Part shown: positions 59,902 through 64,000 of the stretch, one piece after another
Numbering within the stretch: position 1 is the first letter of the stretch
Layout: the number at the start of each line of letters is the position of its first letter
Assembly (NCBI GenBank): GCA_026415215.1
Contig: JAOAHN010000026.1
Span: 9,326 to 73,325, forward strand
Length of the DNA: 64,000 nucleotides
Direction of reading: 5' to 3'
Origin: Candidatus Hydrogenedentota bacterium
Lineage (GTDB): Bacteria; Hydrogenedentota; Hydrogenedentia; Hydrogenedentales; Hydrogenedentaceae
The notes under the pieces: model-generated
What the model saw: the letters and a program-made list of their open reading frames with translations, nothing else
Database searches by the model: none
What the model was told of the DNA's origin: nothing
Translations under genes and position numbers: made by a program

Positions 59902-62559
59902 CTAAAAATAACCCATATCCTTTATTTTATCTACCTCCTGCTCTGTTGGACGGTAAGATGGGAGTTCTTCTTTTTTCTTCTCTCTATACATAATAGATAT
60001 TAGGGGAACATTACATTTTTCCACAGGGACCTCCTTATCCACTTCTGAGATTACAACATCACTCTCTAAATCTACGATATGCTTTTCTTTCGGTGTACTA
60101 ATTCCATTCTTAGATAAAAAGACGAAAGGGGAGCTCATCTTTAATTCTAAATATTGAGGCTTATCAACAAAAAAGATATGCATTTTGGTACTTTTCGATG
60201 GCCCATCTTTACTTTTCCCCACCAGTACTTCAACACACGATGGGTTAGACTCCGGACCCTTAGGCCTATAAATCCCTTCTTCTAAGTAATAGAAAATCAC
60301 ATTTGTATCAGCACAAAACGAAAGTTCCAATTCGTTCGGGGCAACGCCTCTTTCTTCATTTTCAAAAACTCCCGAACAACTTAAAACGAACTCGTGAAAA
60401 TTGGCTGAAAATTCTTCGATATATGTCCTCAAAGCCTCTAACATTTTGTTTTGCTCATTCTTCTCTTCAACATCTGCCCCCGATGATGCCTCTATATCAG
60501 CCCCCAAATGAGACACGAAAAACTTAGGATTATCAGGATTAGCAACCGAATAAATTACCTTCCTATTATCCCTAATCAGGGAGTATTCCCTATAACTTGC
60601 ACTTCTTGAAATTATAGTTCGATCTTTCAATTGAACAGGAGAATCACTTAAGAGATCGATAAGAGAAACGCCATCAAAATCTATGGACGAGGGGATATTC
60701 AAATAATTAACAATAGTAGGGACAATATCCTCTAAAATTACCTTAGACTCAACTCTTGTACCCTTAAATTTGCTGTCAGGGAACTTTATTAGTAAAGGCA
60801 CTCTAATCGTATGCTCATATACATCATCATGGGCATATCTATTATGTTCTCCCAGAGATTCTCCGTGGTCTGCTGTAATAATTATCAATGCCTTATCATA
60901 GAGACCTATGTTCCTTAAATAATTTAGAAACTCACCAATATAATAATCTATTTTTGTAACACAGTCATCGTAAGTAGCACTCAAGTATTTATTTTCAATT
61001 GAGCCCAAACTCATCTCTAAAGAGCTCGCCAACCAAGTCAATAAGTTAGGTTTATGAGGGAGACATTCAGCAGATAATTCAGGTGGTCGAAAAGATAAAG
61101 AGGAACTAATCCACTTGTGGTCAGGGCTTTGAGAATCATAAATTTCTACCCCACTATAACCCTTTGCATGCAAATCGAAATTGTGCCAAAAAATAAAAAA
61201 TCTTTCTTCTCCTAAGGGAGTCAAACAATTCTGGAGAAACTCAATAATCACTCTTAATGATTCTCTTATATCGCAATACCCTTGTGGAAGGAAGCCATAA
61301 TTCACTCCATTAGCGAACCCTCTCGAAGGTAAAAACCACCATCTTATTCCCACGAAAGTAGAGGTAACATACCCCTTACCACTAAGCATCTCGAAAAGAG
61401 TATCCACCTGAGGGTGTAGAGATGAATAACGAGTGACACCATGGTTCTCGGGGAAGAGTCCAGTTAACATACTCATGTGAGCCACTGGTGTAAATGTTTG
61501 CGAAGTATAGGCATTTAGAAAAATTACCGCATCCCTGCTGAATTTATCTATCTCGGGACTGGTTAGTAAGTTATAACCATAGGGAATCAATCTATCTGCT
61601 CTTAATGTATCACAAGAAATTAGAACTATAGGGGGAAAACTACCCTCTCCATGCCCCTTACCTCTAAATAACATCGGAGAACCCCACAAACATATAATCC
61701 CATTATCAAAAATATCCCTCTTCTTGAACCTTATTTTTTTATTTACCCCTTTGAATTCGCTTAGACCTATTTTTCTATACCGCCATTTTCCTTCCTCCAA
61801 ACTATTTTTTTCGTCCCTTACAAACCTCCATATTTCTTTGGTGTTTTTCTCATCAATTACTTCAACCGAAAAAAGTAGGTCTCCATTATATGTAAAATTT
61901 TCTAAATTTTCTTTCTTAGTTTTATTCAAAAGATCACGATAATAAAACCAGAATACAAGACTATCTCCTTCTCTTATCTCTTCAACTTCCCAATCTAACT
62001 CCTTCTCCCAATAAGTCCTAAGATAGATATTATCAGCAGTAAACCACCTAAAGTCATTTTTAGGGGATAACACCACTTTTTCAATAGAAGGAACATTTTC
62101 TCCAGAGAAATTTCCCTCGAAAACAATTACAAACTTCTCAGCTATTTCAAATATTGGGAAAGAGATATCATCATTTTTATATAACTCAGTCGCATAAAAA
62201 CATAAATTATCATGCTTTCTTACTTTTTCCCCTTTAACTATCCATCTCTCCGCTCCATTATGTCTATCATTCACCCACCCTATACTCAAATAGACATCTC
62301 CAGCTACATTTTTCGGCACCTGGAAGTAAATCTGAAACCCCTTATACTTATAGATTTCTACTCTTGTGCTCAATTCAAAAACTATTTTCCTCCCCGATAC
62401 ATTTTTGGAAAAAGAGTCCCCCTTATAAGAAATGATAGGAACACTGACCTCTTCACTCAATTCAAAATGTAGCACCTCACATAAAGCGATACTCTCTAAG
62501 CTCAAAAGTATGGCTACTAAAAGAAATTCCCTCAATGCCAATCTCGATGTCCCTTTCAC
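59902..62559 (-). CDS. Secreted multidomain sulfatase-like hydrolase/transferase (alkaline phosphatase superfamily)
   Basis: ISCDTLRAD, TFTPVAHMSMLTG (Thr in place of Cys/Ser-x-P-x-R), FDLH, TADHGE and HDD.YE; C-terminal KDMGY tail; about 300-aa N-terminal beta domain. Confidence 0.85.
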   Translation of the reverse strand: MKGTSRLALREFLLVAILLSLESIALCEVLHFELSEEVSVPIISYKGDSFSKNVSGRKIVFELSTRVEIYKYKGFQIYFQVPKNVAGDVYLSIGWVNDRHNGAERWIVKGEKVRKHDNLCFYATELYKNDDISFPIFEIAEKFVIVFEGNFSGENVPSIEKVVLSPKNDFRWFTADNIYLRTYWEKELDWEVEEIREGDSLVFWFYYRDLLNKTKKENLENFTYNGDLLFSVEVIDEKNTKEIWRFVRDEKNSLEEGKWRYRKIGLSEFKGVNKKIRFKKRDIFDNGIICLWGSPMLFRGKGHGEGSFPPIVLISCDTLRADRLIPYGYNLLTSPEIDKFSRDAVIFLNAYTSQTFTPVAHMSMLTGLFPENHGVTRYSSLHPQVDTLFEMLSGKGYVTSTFVGIRWWFLPSRGFANGVNYGFLPQGYCDIRESLRVIIEFLQNCLTPLGEERFFIFWHNFDLHAKGYSGVEIYDSQSPDHKWISSSLSFRPPELSAECLPHKPNLLTWLASSLEMSLGSIENKYLSATYDDCVTKIDYYIGEFLNYLRNIGLYDKALIIITADHGESLGEHNRYAHDDVYEHTIRVPLLIKFPDSKFKGTRVESKVILEDIVPTIVNYLNIPSSIDFDGVSLIDLLSDSPVQLKDRTIISRSASYREYSLIRDNRKVIYSVANPDNPKFFVSHLGADIEASSGADVEEKNEQNKMLEALRTYIEEFSANFHEFVLSCSGVFENEERGVAPNELELSFCADTNVIFYYLEEGIYRPKGPESNPSCVEVLVGKSKDGPSKSTKMHIFFVDKPQYLELKMSSPFVFLSKNGISTPKEKHIVDLESDVVISEVDKEVPVEKCNVPLISIMYREKKKEELPSYRPTEQEVDKIKDMGYF

Positions 62560-62790
62560 AAACTGTTAATACCCTTCTTTTGCGGATTATACCATACACA
62601 AATAATTTTATAATCTTACACTTCCCTTTCTCACTCACTTAAGATTCTCTCCCTATAGTACCCATCTACATAAAATCTTATACTTTTTACTTTCAACACA
62701 CAAAAACATAAAGGAAATTTTGTCCTCTTATCCAAAACTAATTTTATTCCTTTACAAAGGGCTAAAAGGTTAACTATAAAAATATACTTA

Positions 62791-64000
62791 TCATTTAGAC
62801 ATTATTTCTCTCACTAATTCCCTCAAAGATTCAAAGCGGAAGGGCTTTTGAAGATATCCTGATATTCTGAGAGATTTCATCTGATCTGCATATTCCTCAC
62901 CTGAGTAACCGCTTGTAATTATAAGAGGAAAACTTGGCGAGAGTGCCCGTATTTCCTCGCACACCTCTATTCCGTTTTTATGAGGCATAGTAAGGTCTAT
63001 TAGTGCAAACTTTAAGTGCTCTTTATTTTCATTATACAGAGCTATAGCCTCTTTGCCATCCCTCGCCACAATAACTTCAAAACCTAAATGTTCCAACATT
63101 CTTTGACTTAATGCGGAGACTATCTCTTCATCCTCTGCAAGAAGAACTTTACCGCACCCTCTCCACTCCCTCCCTTCCTGACCCTTGGTGAAACTGGTTT
63201 CTCTCTCCTCTGACCATTCAACTGCAGGGAGAAATATCTTAAATAACGTTCCTTTACCAAGTTCTGAATAAACTTTTATTCCCCCTCCATGACTCTTTAC
63301 TATTCCCATTACAGAAGCCAAACCCAAACCCCTCCCTGTAAACTTTGTAGTGAAAAAAGGTTCAAAGATTCTCCTTATAGTCTCTGGAGCCATCCCACAC
63401 CCATTATCACTAACCTCTAATGTTACATACAAACCCTCCTTCATCTCACCTGGCAAGAACATACTACTAAGATACTTTTCGTCACATATTACTCCCCCCG
63501 TCCTAATAACTATTACTCCACTCCTGTCTCCTATAGCTTCATTCGCATTTATTACGAGATTCATTATTATCTGTGAAATCTGTGTGGAGTCTCCTAAAAT
63601 TAGTGGCACTTCATCTGCAAGATCTGTTTTTATCACGATTTTCTTAGATACCACCGACCTAAGTAACTTCTCCATATCCCTAATCAAATCATTAATTTGT
63701 ACCTTACCGGTCACAAACTTTCTTTTACCAGCGTATATCAACATTTGATTAGCCAACTCTGCTCCTCTTTTTCCAGCAGTAATTAGATCTTGCAAATAGG
63801 AACAAACAGCAGAAGGATCAGAGAGTGCTCGTATAGCTAACTCAGCGTTTCCTATCATAGCCATCAAAATATTATTGAAATCATGCGCTACCCCACCTGC
63901 AAGTGTCTCGAGACTTTGAAATCTCTGCAACTGGTTCAGCCTTTCCTCCATCTTTTTTCGTTCTTTCTCCAATTCCTTCTCCTCTCGAATGTCTATCAAT
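62791..64000 (-). CDS. Hybrid histidine kinase with receiver domain (5' end off window)
   Basis: GGVAHDFNN, DNGCG and [12 protein letters not shown]; REC AEDE...IDLTMP...QKPF. Confidence 0.92.
   Translation of the reverse strand, partial: LIDIREEKELEKERKKMEERLNQLQRFQSLETLAGGVAHDFNNILMAMIGNAELAIRALSDPSAVCSYLQDLITAGKRGAELANQMLIYAGKRKFVTGKVQINDLIRDMEKLLRSVVSKKIVIKTDLADEVPLILGDSTQISQIIMNLVINANEAIGDRSGVIVIRTGGVICDEKYLSSMFLPGEMKEGLYVTLEVSDNGCGMAPETIRRIFEPFFTTKFTGRGLGLASVMGIVKSHGGGIKVYSELGKGTLFKIFLPAVEWSEERETSFTKGQEGREWRGCGKVLLAEDEEIVSALSQRMLEHLGFEVIVARDGKEAIALYNENKEHLKFALIDLTMPHKNGIEVCEEIRALSPSFPLIITSGYSGEEYADQMKSLRISGYLQKPFRFESLRELVREIMSK

Noticed and set aside
79-63748. Numerous short (60-130 aa) ORFs antisense to or overlapping recognised genes, e.g. 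79-360, 6959-7291, 32482-32871, 49088-49348 and 63350-63748
   Set aside because: They lie within well-supported genes, mostly on the opposite strand, and have no recognisable motifs; antisense ORFs opposite conserved genes such as lepA are a common artefact.
1-64000. CRISPR arrays, IS/transposases, integrases, prophage genes, rRNA/tRNA and riboswitches
   Set aside because: None recognised by eye. Intergenic gaps are short, and no repeat-spacer pattern or cloverleaf was seen. A covariance-model scan (Infernal/Rfam, tRNAscan) would be needed to exclude small RNAs.

Overview
Gene-dense, visibly AT-rich chromosomal window (G+C not computed) from a diderm bacterium, as shown by an LptD-like gene. 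The DUF1559 pseudopilin style, sulfatases and expanded hybrid kinases suggest Ca. Hydrogenedentes or a PVC-like lineage (inference). About 50 CDS are present. Housekeeping genes: tilS-hpt, lptD, panE, ruvAB, pcm, lepA with two lepB, rnhB, corA and a partial cstA. Accessory genes: four orphan PAS-hybrid histidine kinases, a solo dynamin-like GTPase, an EryC-like epimerase, two GT-C-like membrane proteins and two sulfatase-fold proteins. I saw no rRNA, tRNA, CRISPR, IS or prophage. The most interesting part is 32.9-47.1 kb. A perfect inverted repeat with NikR-operator geometry (GTATTA-N16-TAATAC, straddling a TATAAT) precedes an operon of DUF1559 prepilin-like protein, a ZnuABC-fold transporter with a degenerate metal site, and a methyltransferase. 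It is followed by a same-strand run of D-mannonate oxidoreductase, HAD phosphatase, PdxB, a LarA-family (nickel-pincer) epimerase, PPi-type PFK, Gnd, a ZIP transporter and a D-2-hydroxyacid dehydrogenase, with corA convergent. I read this as a candidate nickel-supplied sugar-acid epimerase shunt into the oxidative pentose phosphate pathway, possibly with 4-phosphoerythronate proofreading. All family calls are from motif recognition by eye; no database searches were run.
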